Shown piece after piece: positions 39,384 to 48,404 of a stretch of 64,000 nt of DNA. Origin of the DNA: Candidatus Woesebacteria bacterium GW2011_GWB1_38_8b. GTDB taxonomy: Bacteria; Patescibacteriota; Microgenomatia; UBA8517. The stretch is from NCBI GenBank assembly GCA_000993115.1, contig LBVN01000001.1, positions 19,924-83,923 of the forward strand. The letters are read 5' to 3'. The translations under genes and the position numbers were made by a program. How positions within the stretch are numbered: the first letter of the stretch is position 1; every line of letters begins with the position of its first letter. The notes under the pieces were generated by a model. It had not been told where the DNA came from. It did no database searches and saw only the letters and a list, made by a program, of their open reading frames with translations.

Positions 39384-40289
39384 CTAATTAAATGCAGACT
39401 GAGTTTTTTCTTTTTTGGATAATCGGCCGAGGAGAAATGCAAAAACAGAGATCAAAAACATAACTACCGCGATCAAAATAAAGACAAAGTAATTGGTATG
39501 TTTTTGTAAGACCGGGATTTCAGTCGTCCCCTCTCCTAACACCTCCGGATTATTTTCGGAAATATTGCTTGGAAAAACAAATTTTTCTTCATTTGATTTG
39601 AGAGTTCTTTCTTCTTGATTCGATGCGAGGATCTTATCTACGGCTTTAGTTGGTTTGGGTTTTTCATTGTTTAAAATGGCATTGAGTGAACTTGCATTTG
39701 TAAGTGTCAAGCTATTTACGCTTTCCAAAACATCAATTCCGGCCTTATTTACAACATTTGTATCGTTTGTCATTCCGGCTTCATACGTAAAGGAAAAAAC
39801 TGATTTCGAATTTTCCGATTTGCTTTTAAAATATATTGTTGTAAGTCTGGCGGTGCTACCCGAAAAGTATTTTCCAAAGTCGTTGGAAAAAGCAACCTTT
39901 AATTTTCCTGAATTGTTATCAATAATTTCTTTAGCTTTGTATGTTAAGAGTCCGTAATCGGATATGTTTGTCAGTTCGATATTATTTGGATCGAAACTCA
40001 TTACCAGATCAACACCAACAATTTCTTCTTTCCCCGGGTTAAGATAGATATCGACTGAGCTGTTCGAGTCTTTTTTTAAAGAAATTGAATCGGGAGAAAA
40101 AGATAACGACGGAATGCTATCCGCTTTGACGGGTGAAACACATAACCAAAACAACAAAACCGCAATATTTATACTGAAAAATTTATTGAATTTACTTGCG
40201 AAATCTACGGACTTTAGTCTGTAGATGAAGCAAGAATCTAATCTTGTCGACAAAATACCATGGTCTTCAGCCTGTGGTAGTTTATTCAT
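39384..40289 (-). CDS. Membrane-anchored cohesin-domain protein (C-terminal TM helix plus basic tail); the start is uncertain
   Basis: Cohesin-like DSIPSLSFSPDSISLKKDSNSSVDIYLNPGKEEIVGVDLVMSFDPNNIELTNI...TTIYFKSK. C-terminus YFVFILIAVVMFLISVFAFLLGRLSKKEK. The annotated N-terminal 30 codons coincide with repeat-element copy 3. Confidence 0.55.
   Translation of the reverse strand: MNKLPQAEDHGILSTRLDSCFIYRLKSVDFASKFNKFFSINIAVLLFWLCVSPVKADSIPSLSFSPDSISLKKDSNSSVDIYLNPGKEEIVGVDLVMSFDPNNIELTNISDYGLLTYKAKEIIDNNSGKLKVAFSNDFGKYFSGSTARLTTIYFKSKSENSKSVFSFTYEAGMTNDTNVVNKAGIDVLESVNSLTLTNASSLNAILNNEKPKPTKAVDKILASNQEERTLKSNEEKFVFPSNISENNPEVLGEGTTEIPVLQKHTNYFVFILIAVVMFLISVFAFLLGRLSKKEKTQSAFN
40196..40262. 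repeat. Copy 3 (partial) of the intergenic repeat family: gcgaaatc + hairpin + atgaagc.agaatc + cgacaaaa
   Basis: gcgaaatctacggactttagtctgtagatgaagcaagaatctaatcttgtcgacaaaa aligns with copy 2 at 57903..57960. The hairpin sequence differs but the pairing is preserved. Confidence 0.55.
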
Positions 40290-41829
40290 CTTCCCTGAAG
40301 AAATTATTGACTAAAATCCAAAAGTCGTAAGAATTTACAATTCCGTCTTTGTTGTAATCAGATGGTCCTGTCAAAAACCAATTCTGATACATTATTGCGA
40401 CATCGATATTATTAACAATTCCGTCATCGTTTAGATCCCCTGCAACTAAATTTCCGAAATTCAAAACGTTTGTCCCCTCAAGAAGAGTCTGCGAAATTCT
40501 TCTCCTCAAAAATCCCGATGATTTAAGCCTAAAGAAAAGTTCAGAATTTAAATAGGTATAATCAAGTTGCCAAGTTTGTGAATTTCCGTCATTATCAGTT
40601 GTAAAATTTTGCAGCCAAGTGTCATCGACTATTTCCACCGACCCTGATGCAACGTGTCCAATTGCAAGATTTTCGGAAGGAGTCTTTAGGTTTAAATAAG
40701 CAAATACATCTAATCCCAAAATATCCAAAATTGCACCGTTTGTAGTTTGTAAGATATCCTCTCCGTTTGTTGCAATTACGTTACTTTCAGATTTATCACC
40801 GAGAGTAAAATTAAAATTAAGCTCGGTTAGTCCGATTATTTTTGGTTTAACTGTTATACTCGCAACAATACCTCCTGAATTTATACTTTGTTGAGGAGTT
40901 TGGGTTGCCGAAATTCTTAAAATTCCGGGGGAACTGTTATTAAAAATAAAATTTCCACTAAAAAGACCGCTACTTGAAACGTTTATAATATCAACAGCCA
41001 GCGGATCGTAATTAATAACCGCGTCAACTCCAATTATCGGTGAAGATATTAATAAACTCAGGTCAACTTGGGATTCTTTCGTTATTTTAAATTCCCCGTT
41101 CGGAAAAAGCGATAAAGTTGCAGGCTGATTTGCTATCGGAGTAGGAGTTGGGGTAACTGTCGCCGTGGGTGTTGGTGTTGGTGTCTCAGTTTGAGTTGGT
41201 GTAACCGTGGGTGTAAAAGTCGGTGTATTTGTTGGAGTAAGTGTTGGGGTAGGAGAATCAGTTGGTGTTAACGTTGCAGTCGGAGTTTGGGTCGGGGCGT
41301 CAAATGAAATGTCAAAGTTCTGACTCCCAACAGTTAATTGTTGGGCAGCCATGTTAACAACACTAAAATTTTGAGTATTGAAAGTCAAAGAAGTACCACC
41401 TGAAGGTGTTCCTGTTTTATTAAATTCCAAAGTTGCCAATTCAAACTCTCCGCTTGGAGGATTGGCAACGTCTGCCGGCGACAATCCCAATACTATTGTT
41501 ACTACCCCATTTGCATTTGCATCGGCGACATTTGTAACAATTATTTGGTTTTTTAAAGGTCCTGTTGCCGCAACCGGTGCTGATAAACTCAGCTTAGTTT
41601 TGTCAAATGAAATTTCCACCGAAACAAATCCAATTAACTCGGAACCTGAATTAAGCATAATTTTGTAAGACCCACTTGTTAAAGTTGATAAATCATTTGG
41701 ACCTGTAATAAAAAGATTCGCTTGCGGTGTTTGCGCAGAAGTATTGATAATTTTTGTAAGAATTACAATTAAGCCAACAAAAACCAGCGCATAAAATTTC
41801 TTACCATGTAAATTCTTCAAAAAATTCAT
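40282..41829 (-). CDS. Scaffoldin-like protein: signal peptide, two cohesin-like domains separated by a TP linker, an X-like beta module and a divergent C-terminal dockerin
   Basis: Cohesin-like 1 (YKIMLNSGSELIGFVSVEISFDKTKLSL...VVTIVLGL). PT linker PTQTPTATLTPTDSPTPT... Cohesin-like 2 (ITKESQVDLSLLISSPIIGVDAVINYDPLAVDII...). Dockerin GDLNDDGIVNNIDVAIMYQNWF...DYNKDGIVNSYDFWILVNNFF. Confidence 0.6.
   Translation of the reverse strand: MNFLKNLHGKKFYALVFVGLIVILTKIINTSAQTPQANLFITGPNDLSTLTSGSYKIMLNSGSELIGFVSVEISFDKTKLSLSAPVAATGPLKNQIIVTNVADANANGVVTIVLGLSPADVANPPSGEFELATLEFNKTGTPSGGTSLTFNTQNFSVVNMAAQQLTVGSQNFDISFDAPTQTPTATLTPTDSPTPTLTPTNTPTFTPTVTPTQTETPTPTPTATVTPTPTPIANQPATLSLFPNGEFKITKESQVDLSLLISSPIIGVDAVINYDPLAVDIINVSSSGLFSGNFIFNNSSPGILRISATQTPQQSINSGGIVASITVKPKIIGLTELNFNFTLGDKSESNVIATNGEDILQTTNGAILDILGLDVFAYLNLKTPSENLAIGHVASGSVEIVDDTWLQNFTTDNDGNSQTWQLDYTYLNSELFFRLKSSGFLRRRISQTLLEGTNVLNFGNLVAGDLNDDGIVNNIDVAIMYQNWFLTGPSDYNKDGIVNSYDFWILVNNFFREDE
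41150..41300. repeat. Low-complexity tandem repeat DNA encoding a Thr/Pro linker
   Basis: ggagttggggtaactgtcgccgtgggtgttggtgttggtgtctc... The antisense ORF 41378..41668 is an artefact. Confidence 0.7.
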
Positions 41830-41895
41830 TAATTATCGAAGGCAGTTTGGGGCAAGTACTATCCAAAATCCATAATAGCAGAAATATTATTCAGG

Positions 41896-43731
41896 TCAAG
41901 TTTTGGAATCTACACTCATATATGCTTTTGCCTGAAGATTAAAAAGTCTTGAATACTTTCCACCCCTTTTCATTAATTTATTGTGATCACCCTCCTCAAT
42001 AATCTTTCCTCCGTCAATCACGATAATTTTATCTGCGTCTTTTACGGTCGAGAACCTGTGAGATATAAACAGTAAACTTTTATCCCGGTAAAGCTTGTGA
42101 ATATTACTAAAAATTTGATGTTCTGCCTCCGCGTCAATTGCACTTGTCGGCTCGTCAAGAACTAAAATAGGAGCCCCTTCATAAAAAGCCCGTGCAATTG
42201 CCAATTTCTGCCATTGGCCTTGCGATAAATCAGTACCTTCCTCGTATTCTTTCCCCAATTGCTGGTCAAATTTTTTAGGAAATTTTTCTATAAATTCATA
42301 AGCTCCGCTTTTTTTCGCCGAGTCAATAAGTTTATCTTCATCAAATTTCGAGGGGTCTCCCAAAATAATATTTTCCTTAATCGTAAAACTGTATTTTTCA
42401 AAATCCTGGAAAAGTGTTCCCAGACGTCCGTACCAATCGCTTAATTTAACATCTTTAATATTTACTCCATTAATTAATATTTCGCCTTTGGTTACGTCGT
42501 AAAACCTGCAAAGAAGCTTAACAATTGTCGTCTTTCCGGCACCATTTTTTCCGACCAACGCAACATTTTCCTTTGAATTAACTTTAAACGAAATATTTTT
42601 TAAAACGCTTTTTCTCGCTCCCTGATATTTAAACCATACATTTTTAAATTCAATTTCCGGAGGATTCGGAGTGACCGGTAACAAGGTTGGTTTAACCTTC
42701 TCCTTAATAATCTTGGGCAAATTCAAAATTTCAAAAAAATGATTGACGTATAAATTGTTTTCATACATCCAACCAAGGTTTCCAACCATTCCGCCAACTG
42801 ACTCTACAGTTCTACTTAGCATTTCAACGAAAAATGAAAAAGTACCAACGGTCATTGCTCCCGACAAAACGAGAGGAAGTTGTTTATATGCAAAGGTAAA
42901 TATGACAACCGACTCAACCAGATTCGGCAATGAAGCAAGTGTCACATATTTTTCTATCGGCTTTTTATTTCGCTTATACAATTCCTCCTGAATACTTCTG
43001 TATTTCTCAAGAAGTGCTTTCCCTGACTGAAAAATTCTTGATTCGATAATTGACCTTTGCTGTTTAAGGAGCCATTGCAAATACCACAATTTACGGACAT
43101 TCTCTGCACCGCTGCCCCAAATGGACCATTGCAAACTTCCCATTTTTGTCCGCAGATAAATTCTGGGTATAGCAAAAAAAGAAACAATTATCGGGTAATA
43201 CCAACCAAATCCCAGAAGCAAAATAAAAGACGAGATAAAAGAAACAAAATTATTAAATAGATAAGAGAATGCCCTTAAAAAATCCGGTGGTCTCCAGGTC
43301 AATGTATCACTTGCTTTTGTAATTAAATTTTGCGTTTCAGAGTTTTCCAAATGTTGCAAGTCAAGATTGGACATTTTTTCCACAAAAATAATATTCAATT
43401 TGTTTTGCAATCGGTATCGAAGAAGATAATCAAAATAAGTTTCTTTTAAAACCCAACTGGTTAAGTCCCAACACCAATTCGAAACATATCGAAGTGCCAA
43501 AATCGAAATTAAAACCGTAGGTATACTGACTGCAATTCCTTGGTTAGAAACTACACCATCAATCAATAACTTAAAAATATAGCTGGCAATAATCGGAAAA
43601 AAAGCACTTAATCCGGCAGTCGCGTAGTACCCGACAGTCAAGAACTTATCGGCTCCATAAGAAAGTGAGAGCATTTTGTGTAAATTTTCCAAAACGTTTG
43701 TGATTGTTTGATACCATTTTTTGGTCGTCAT
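41896..43731 (-). CDS. ABC transporter, fused permease/ATP-binding protein (type I exporter, MsbA-like)
   Basis: Six-TM N-terminal half. Walker A GKNGAGKTT, signature LSQGQWQKLAIARA, Walker B ILVLDEPTSAID, H-loop SHR. Confidence 0.9.
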   Translation of the reverse strand: MTTKKWYQTITNVLENLHKMLSLSYGADKFLTVGYYATAGLSAFFPIIASYIFKLLIDGVVSNQGIAVSIPTVLISILALRYVSNWCWDLTSWVLKETYFDYLLRYRLQNKLNIIFVEKMSNLDLQHLENSETQNLITKASDTLTWRPPDFLRAFSYLFNNFVSFISSFILLLGFGWYYPIIVSFFAIPRIYLRTKMGSLQWSIWGSGAENVRKLWYLQWLLKQQRSIIESRIFQSGKALLEKYRSIQEELYKRNKKPIEKYVTLASLPNLVESVVIFTFAYKQLPLVLSGAMTVGTFSFFVEMLSRTVESVGGMVGNLGWMYENNLYVNHFFEILNLPKIIKEKVKPTLLPVTPNPPEIEFKNVWFKYQGARKSVLKNISFKVNSKENVALVGKNGAGKTTIVKLLCRFYDVTKGEILINGVNIKDVKLSDWYGRLGTLFQDFEKYSFTIKENIILGDPSKFDEDKLIDSAKKSGAYEFIEKFPKKFDQQLGKEYEEGTDLSQGQWQKLAIARAFYEGAPILVLDEPTSAIDAEAEHQIFSNIHKLYRDKSLLFISHRFSTVKDADKIIVIDGGKIIEEGDHNKLMKRGGKYSRLFNLQAKAYMSVDSKT

Positions 43732-43816
43732 ACGACAAATTATAATTCAAATTATTAAACAGGTTAAGACCAAACAAATACTTCGGTAATTGTTCGGATT
43801 GTGTTAAAATCTTCTC

Positions 43817-44977
43817 ATGCAAAAGCCACTTCCTGATTTACTTCGGCCAAACAAATTAAGTGATTTTATCGGGCAGGAACATTTGGTTGGAAAAGATGGA
43901 ATTATTACTAAATTGCTAAACGACAAAGCAAACAATAATTTTGTTCCGTCAATGATTTTTTGGGGACCACCGGGAGTCGGGAAAACGACACTGGCAAGAA
44001 TTATTGCCAACACCCTAAAGCGCGATTTTTACGAATTTTCGGCTGTTAACACTTCAAGTAAAGAAATCCAGAAAGTTGTTGACAAAATCCATGGAATCTC
44101 TCCATTTGTTTTTATTGACGAAATTCACAGATTTAATAAAGCCCAGCAGGACAGACTTCTTCCCCACGTCGAAAAAGGAAGCATTATTTTAATCGGTGCA
44201 ACGACAGAAAATCCAAGTTTCGAAGTTATAGGACCGCTTCTTTCAAGAACCAGAGTCATCGTGCTTCATCAATTAGACGAAAATAATCTAAATAAAATTC
44301 TAAAAAAAGGGCTTGCGTACGTTAAGAAAACTATTGATAAAAAAGCTAATAATTTTTTGATTGAAGCCAGCAACGGTGATGCAAGAATTTTGTTAAACAC
44401 ACTTGAAATTGCGGCTTCGCTGTCAACAAATCGTCAGCTAACTACTTCAGATATTGAACTTGCCCTCCAAAGGCGATATTTATCGTTTGACAAGCAGGGT
44501 GAGGAGTTTTACAACGTAATTTCAGCTTTTATTAAATCAATGAGGGCTAGCGACGTTAACGCTGCGCTTTATTATTTGGCCCGGATGGTTGCGGCAGGGC
44601 AGGATCCTTTATACATTGCAAGAAGAATGGTTGTATTTGCGTCTGAGGATGTTGCCTCACCTACAGCTTTGGTTGTTGCAAATGCAGTGTTCCAAGCCTG
44701 CCAGCAAATTGGGTATCCGGAGTGTCAGGAAAATTTGGCAGCAGGAGTGGTTTATTTGACAACCGCAAAAAAGGACAGACGGGCATATGATGCATACATG
44801 ACAGCCCTTGGTGATGTTCAAAAACTGGGAAATTTGCCCGTTCCCATGAACATCCGAAACGCTCCTACAAAATTAATGAAAGAGTTGGGATACGGAAAGG
44901 GATATGAAAAGTACACGAAGGAAAGCTTACTTCCGGATAAAATAAAGGGTAAAAAGTATTATATTATTGAAAAATAG
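43817..44977 (+). CDS. rarA: Replication-associated recombination protein A (RarA/MgsA AAA+ ATPase)
   Basis: [26 protein letters not shown], Walker [10 protein letters not shown], and the RarA C-terminal domain. Confidence 0.9.
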   Translation: MQKPLPDLLRPNKLSDFIGQEHLVGKDGIITKLLNDKANNNFVPSMIFWGPPGVGKTTLARIIANTLKRDFYEFSAVNTSSKEIQKVVDKIHGISPFVFIDEIHRFNKAQQDRLLPHVEKGSIILIGATTENPSFEVIGPLLSRTRVIVLHQLDENNLNKILKKGLAYVKKTIDKKANNFLIEASNGDARILLNTLEIAASLSTNRQLTTSDIELALQRRYLSFDKQGEEFYNVISAFIKSMRASDVNAALYYLARMVAAGQDPLYIARRMVVFASEDVASPTALVVANAVFQACQQIGYPECQENLAAGVVYLTTAKKDRRAYDAYMTALGDVQKLGNLPVPMNIRNAPTKLMKELGYGKGYEKYTKESLLPDKIKGKKYYIIEK

Positions 44978-44982
44978 CTAAA

Positions 44983-45381
44983 GTGAAAACTAAAAATAAT
45001 ACATTGGAATCTAGTATCCAAAAAATAAATGATTTCAATAAAGCCCGTGGTTGGAATCCCTTACCCTCCGATCTGGCAAAATCTATTGTTCTTGAAGCAG
45101 CAGAACTTCTCGAACATTTCCAATGGGATGACACAAATTCCAAATCAAAAAACGAAATTTTAAAAAATAAAAATTGGGAAGAGATCGGCGAGGAGGTTGC
45201 TGACGTATTTTGGTATTTAGTTAATTTTTGTAATAAGTCGGGTATCGATTTAAATAATGCAGTTTTGGATAAGCTTGAAAAAAACGAGATAAAATATCCG
45301 GCTAAAATGTTTAATGGCAAACACAACGAAAAATTCTATCGGGAACAAAAAAGAAAATATCGCGAGAAAAAGAAAAAATAA
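44983..45381 (+). CDS. MazG-like nucleotide pyrophosphohydrolase domain protein
   Basis: KARGWNPLPSDLAKSIVLEAAELLEHFQW...EIGEEVADVFWYLVNFCNKSGIDL matches the MazG/YpjD family. Confidence 0.7.
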   Translation: MKTKNNTLESSIQKINDFNKARGWNPLPSDLAKSIVLEAAELLEHFQWDDTNSKSKNEILKNKNWEEIGEEVADVFWYLVNFCNKSGIDLNNAVLDKLEKNEIKYPAKMFNGKHNEKFYREQKRKYREKKKK

Positions 45382-45561
45382 AGATAAAAAATTAAGGGTT
45401 CCAAAATTAATACTTTTGATATAAAATTACTAAATAATAATTTGTTTGGGTGTCAAACTTTCGGAAATAAAAACTTCTTTCGGATTTAGAAATAATTTAG
45501 ATAACTAAAAAACCAAAAACCTTAAGACATCTTTACAAATCTGTTATATTCTCAAATATAC

Positions 45562-45978
45562 ATGGCTGATTCAATTGAAAATAAATTGGGTGAATTAAAA
45601 GAAGTAGCTGAGAAAATGTTTGGTGTTATTCCAACAGGCACTTACGTAGAAAGACGAGGATGCGGATTGAATCCAAAAGACTGTGGATTTCGAGGTCATT
45701 TGGTTGGAACCAGAAATCGGGGAGTATTCCCTACTTGCATATCTCATCTAAAAAACGGAAGCAACCGTGAAATCGTGACATTAATTGATTTAAATGGGTA
45801 CGTAGTAACAAGACAGCAGGATATAGTTTTTTGTAGTGTGAAAAACGGCGAGGAAGCAAAAAATGAAGACTCTGATCCCCTCTTACGAAAGTTTAGAAAA
45901 TATTTACCAAAACTGACTTCTGACTTCCAAGGTCTAACTTCCTACTTCAATTTTCTCTTTCCTTATTCATTTTCTTAA
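45562..45978 (+). CDS. Hypothetical protein
   Basis: 138 aa ORF with a possible leaderless promoter upstream. No motif recognised. Confidence 0.4.
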   Translation: MADSIENKLGELKEVAEKMFGVIPTGTYVERRGCGLNPKDCGFRGHLVGTRNRGVFPTCISHLKNGSNREIVTLIDLNGYVVTRQQDIVFCSVKNGEEAKNEDSDPLLRKFRKYLPKLTSDFQGLTSYFNFLFPYSFS

Positions 45979-46232
45979 TAACCATCACAATTAGGACTGG
46001 TAACCATGCTTATCAGCTGCACCCTTGTACCACTACCTAAACTAACCCTTTTTCCTCGACAATTTTTCACCAAAATTCGATTATTGGTTGATTGTTTTGT
46101 TCCTTCGGGATAATCCACAACTCGTCCATAAAACTCCTTATGGGGATGTGTACCACCTTTTGAACGAGAGTGAACAACAACTTCATCGCCAGGATACAAT
46201 TCGCTCGCTTCAATTAAATTTACTTTTGCCAT
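45975..46232 (-). CDS. Hypothetical small protein (possibly a DUF2945/Tudor-like fold)
   Basis: 85 aa. PGDEVVVHSRSKGG...GRVVDY...RVSLGSG resembles small SH3/Tudor-like proteins. Weak. Confidence 0.3.
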   Translation of the reverse strand: MAKVNLIEASELYPGDEVVVHSRSKGGTHPHKEFYGRVVDYPEGTKQSTNNRILVKNCRGKRVSLGSGTRVQLISMVTSPNCDGY

Positions 46233-46250
46233 TAAAACTTCACCTCTTCT

Positions 46251-47425
46251 CTACAAACTATCTTGCTTTCTGACCTCAATCTTCTCTTTTCCAATCCATT
46301 TTCTCAAAACTTCGGGTACGGTTACTGAACCATCTTCGTTTTGATAATTTTCCAAAATTGCAATAACAATTCTGCCGATCGCAAAGGCGGTGGCATCGTT
46401 CATATACACAAACTCAGTTTTATCTCCCTTTCTAACCTTAGTATTCAATCTTCGTGATTGGTAATCTGTCATGTAATCAGAAGTATGAGTTTCTCTATAT
46501 TTGTCTTGCCCGGGCAACCATGTTTCAATATCCATTTGTCGGTAATCCGGCCCACCCATATCCCCGGTACAAATTTCCACAACTTGATAGGGAAGCCTTT
46601 TGTATCTTTCCCGTAAGAGCCCGCTTCCCTTCTGAATGCCGTTGAAAAACCAATATATCGAATTGGTAAATCTTTTTCTAAAAGAGTTTCGTCCATGTGC
46701 AGTGGTCCTAATGTATGTTCAGCGCTTCCGATTAAATAGACGTCATCTGAGGGAATATAGTATCGTTCTTCTTTTGGATAAAGCCTACCCATCCGATCGA
46801 ACACCTCAGGTTTAATCATTACAGGCGGAACGACAGGAATAAAAGGTTTAGGGTTATATCCTTCCTCAACCTTATTTGCAATTTCCCTCAGGGTGCTTTC
46901 ATTTGTTAATGTTTCAAATACAAGTTGGACAATCGCGTATTCTATTAACACAGCCTCCCCCATTAGATATCCAAATCTCGTTCCGGTAATTTTTCCAGCT
47001 TTCTCAATATTTATTAGACCCAATTTTTCTCCAATTCCTACATGATCAAATGGTTTGAAATTAAATTTGGTCGGTTCACCCCATTTTCGAATTACTTTAT
47101 TTTCGGTATCATCCTTCCCAATTTTTACATCATCAGCTGCAGGATTTGGTAATTTTTTCAGAATTTCAAAATACTCAGAGTCGATTTTTTCCAATTCCGG
47201 TTCCAACTTTTGCAGCTCAACCTTTAATCTTTTACCCGATTCAATGTCCTTATTTTTTGCCGCAGTGTTTCTGTCGGCTCTCAATTTTTCAACCTGACTT
47301 AAAAGCTCACGTTTCTTCCCATCCAATTCCAATACTTTATCAACTAAAGCAGGATCATAATTTTTATCAGTGACGCCTTTTTTTATTTTGTCCGGATTAT
47401 CACGGATAATTTGTATATCTAACAT
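46251..47425 (-). pseudogene. serS: Seryl-tRNA synthetase gene disrupted by a ~120-nt internal deletion plus a frameshift (ORFs 46469..47425 and 46251..46580)
   Basis: The N-terminal ORF has the SerRS coiled-coil arm and motif FRREAGSYGKDTKG. The C-terminal ORF has CTGDMG...DIETWLPGQDKYRE...AIGRIVIAILENYQNEDGSVTVPEVL. The ~40 aa between them that should carry R(V/M)HQFDKVE are absent, and the two halves are in different frames. Confidence 0.6.
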
Positions 47426-47503
47426 ATTTGTATTTTAACTCCTTTTGTTTCTAAATTCTTTATTAATTTGAGGCTACATTCTTTCAAGAGAAACTGAAGG
47501 TTC

Positions 47504-48085
47504 TCAAAGCCCTAAATACCCACTTATCCCCTGCATAGCGGTGAGTGCAATTTCTATAAATTCGGAAAGAGGAATTCCAAGTCTTTCACTGCAAAGCTCA
47601 ATTTGTCTCCTATCAACACCTGCGCAAAAACTGGGGGAATTCCATTTTTTCATAACGGAATCGACAGTAACTGAAGCCAGTTTTTTATCGGGTTTAACAA
47701 GTGCTGTTGCAACTATCAATCCTGTCAATTCATCACAGGTATAAAGCGCCCACTGCATTGGTGTAACCGGCTCAGGTGCATTTTCCAAATATCCCCAGGC
47801 ATGAGAGGCAATTGCGCTTGTAACATCTGAGTGAACATCAAACAGTCGGAGCCACTCCAGAATTTTTTTTGTGTGATCGGTTTTTGCTGTTTCTTTTGTA
47901 ACTTCATAATCCGCATCATGCAAAAGTCCTGCAATTTTCCACCTCTCGCGTTCTTCATCTTTATTCTCGACATTAAGTCGGTCGTAAAGTGCCCCCATTA
48001 CTGCCTCAACCGCATAGCAGTGCTTGCGCAGGTTTTGATTCCGCATATTCTCATGCAGTAATTTTATTGCTTGTTCTCTTGTCAT
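47504..48085 (-). CDS. HD-domain phosphohydrolase
   Basis: H...HD motif (KHCYAV...AGLLHDADYE) and distal His residues. Confidence 0.7.
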   Translation of the reverse strand: MTREQAIKLLHENMRNQNLRKHCYAVEAVMGALYDRLNVENKDEERERWKIAGLLHDADYEVTKETAKTDHTKKILEWLRLFDVHSDVTSAIASHAWGYLENAPEPVTPMQWALYTCDELTGLIVATALVKPDKKLASVTVDSVMKKWNSPSFCAGVDRRQIELCSERLGIPLSEFIEIALTAMQGISGYLGL

Positions 48086-48387
48086 TTTTTTACTTTAACA
48101 ATTCTTTGCACAATATAAATGGTGACTGCCGACATCACAAATAGCACTGTAAACCAAACACCAGTGTTCACTATAGCATCTACCATATTACACGGAATCA
48201 ACTTAGACGAGCACATGGACGAACAAACAACCTCGCCGTACTGATTTCCCCAACAATCACCACCCCATTCGAAAAATAATTTGTTTGGAAATTGCGTATA
48301 AATTCCAGTTGTATATGACAATATAAACAAAACAAAAACATAGCAAAAACCAAAAAGTATTTTAAATCGACTAGTTATTGTTTTCAC
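48082..48387 (-). CDS. Hypothetical small membrane protein
   Basis: 101 aa with two hydrophobic segments and Cys/Trp-rich loops. Overlaps the HD gene by 4 nt. Confidence 0.35.
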   Translation of the reverse strand: MKTITSRFKILFGFCYVFVLFILSYTTGIYTQFPNKLFFEWGGDCWGNQYGEVVCSSMCSSKLIPCNMVDAIVNTGVWFTVLFVMSAVTIYIVQRIVKVKK

Positions 48388-48404
48388 CTTTCAATGAAAA
48401 TACT

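Noticed and set aside
41896-43731. ABC exporter at the head of the cluster as a dedicated secretion system for the dockerin proteins
   Set aside because: All cluster proteins carry classical N-terminal Sec signal peptides and no double-glycine leaders or C-terminal secretion signals. The ABC exporter is more likely a lipid or drug exporter that merely neighbours the cluster, so the link is left open.
45975-46232. Possible ribosomal protein (L19/L24-like) call for the 85-aa ORF
   Set aside because: It lacks the KOW or L19 signature sequences, and its context is not a ribosomal operon. Kept as hypothetical.
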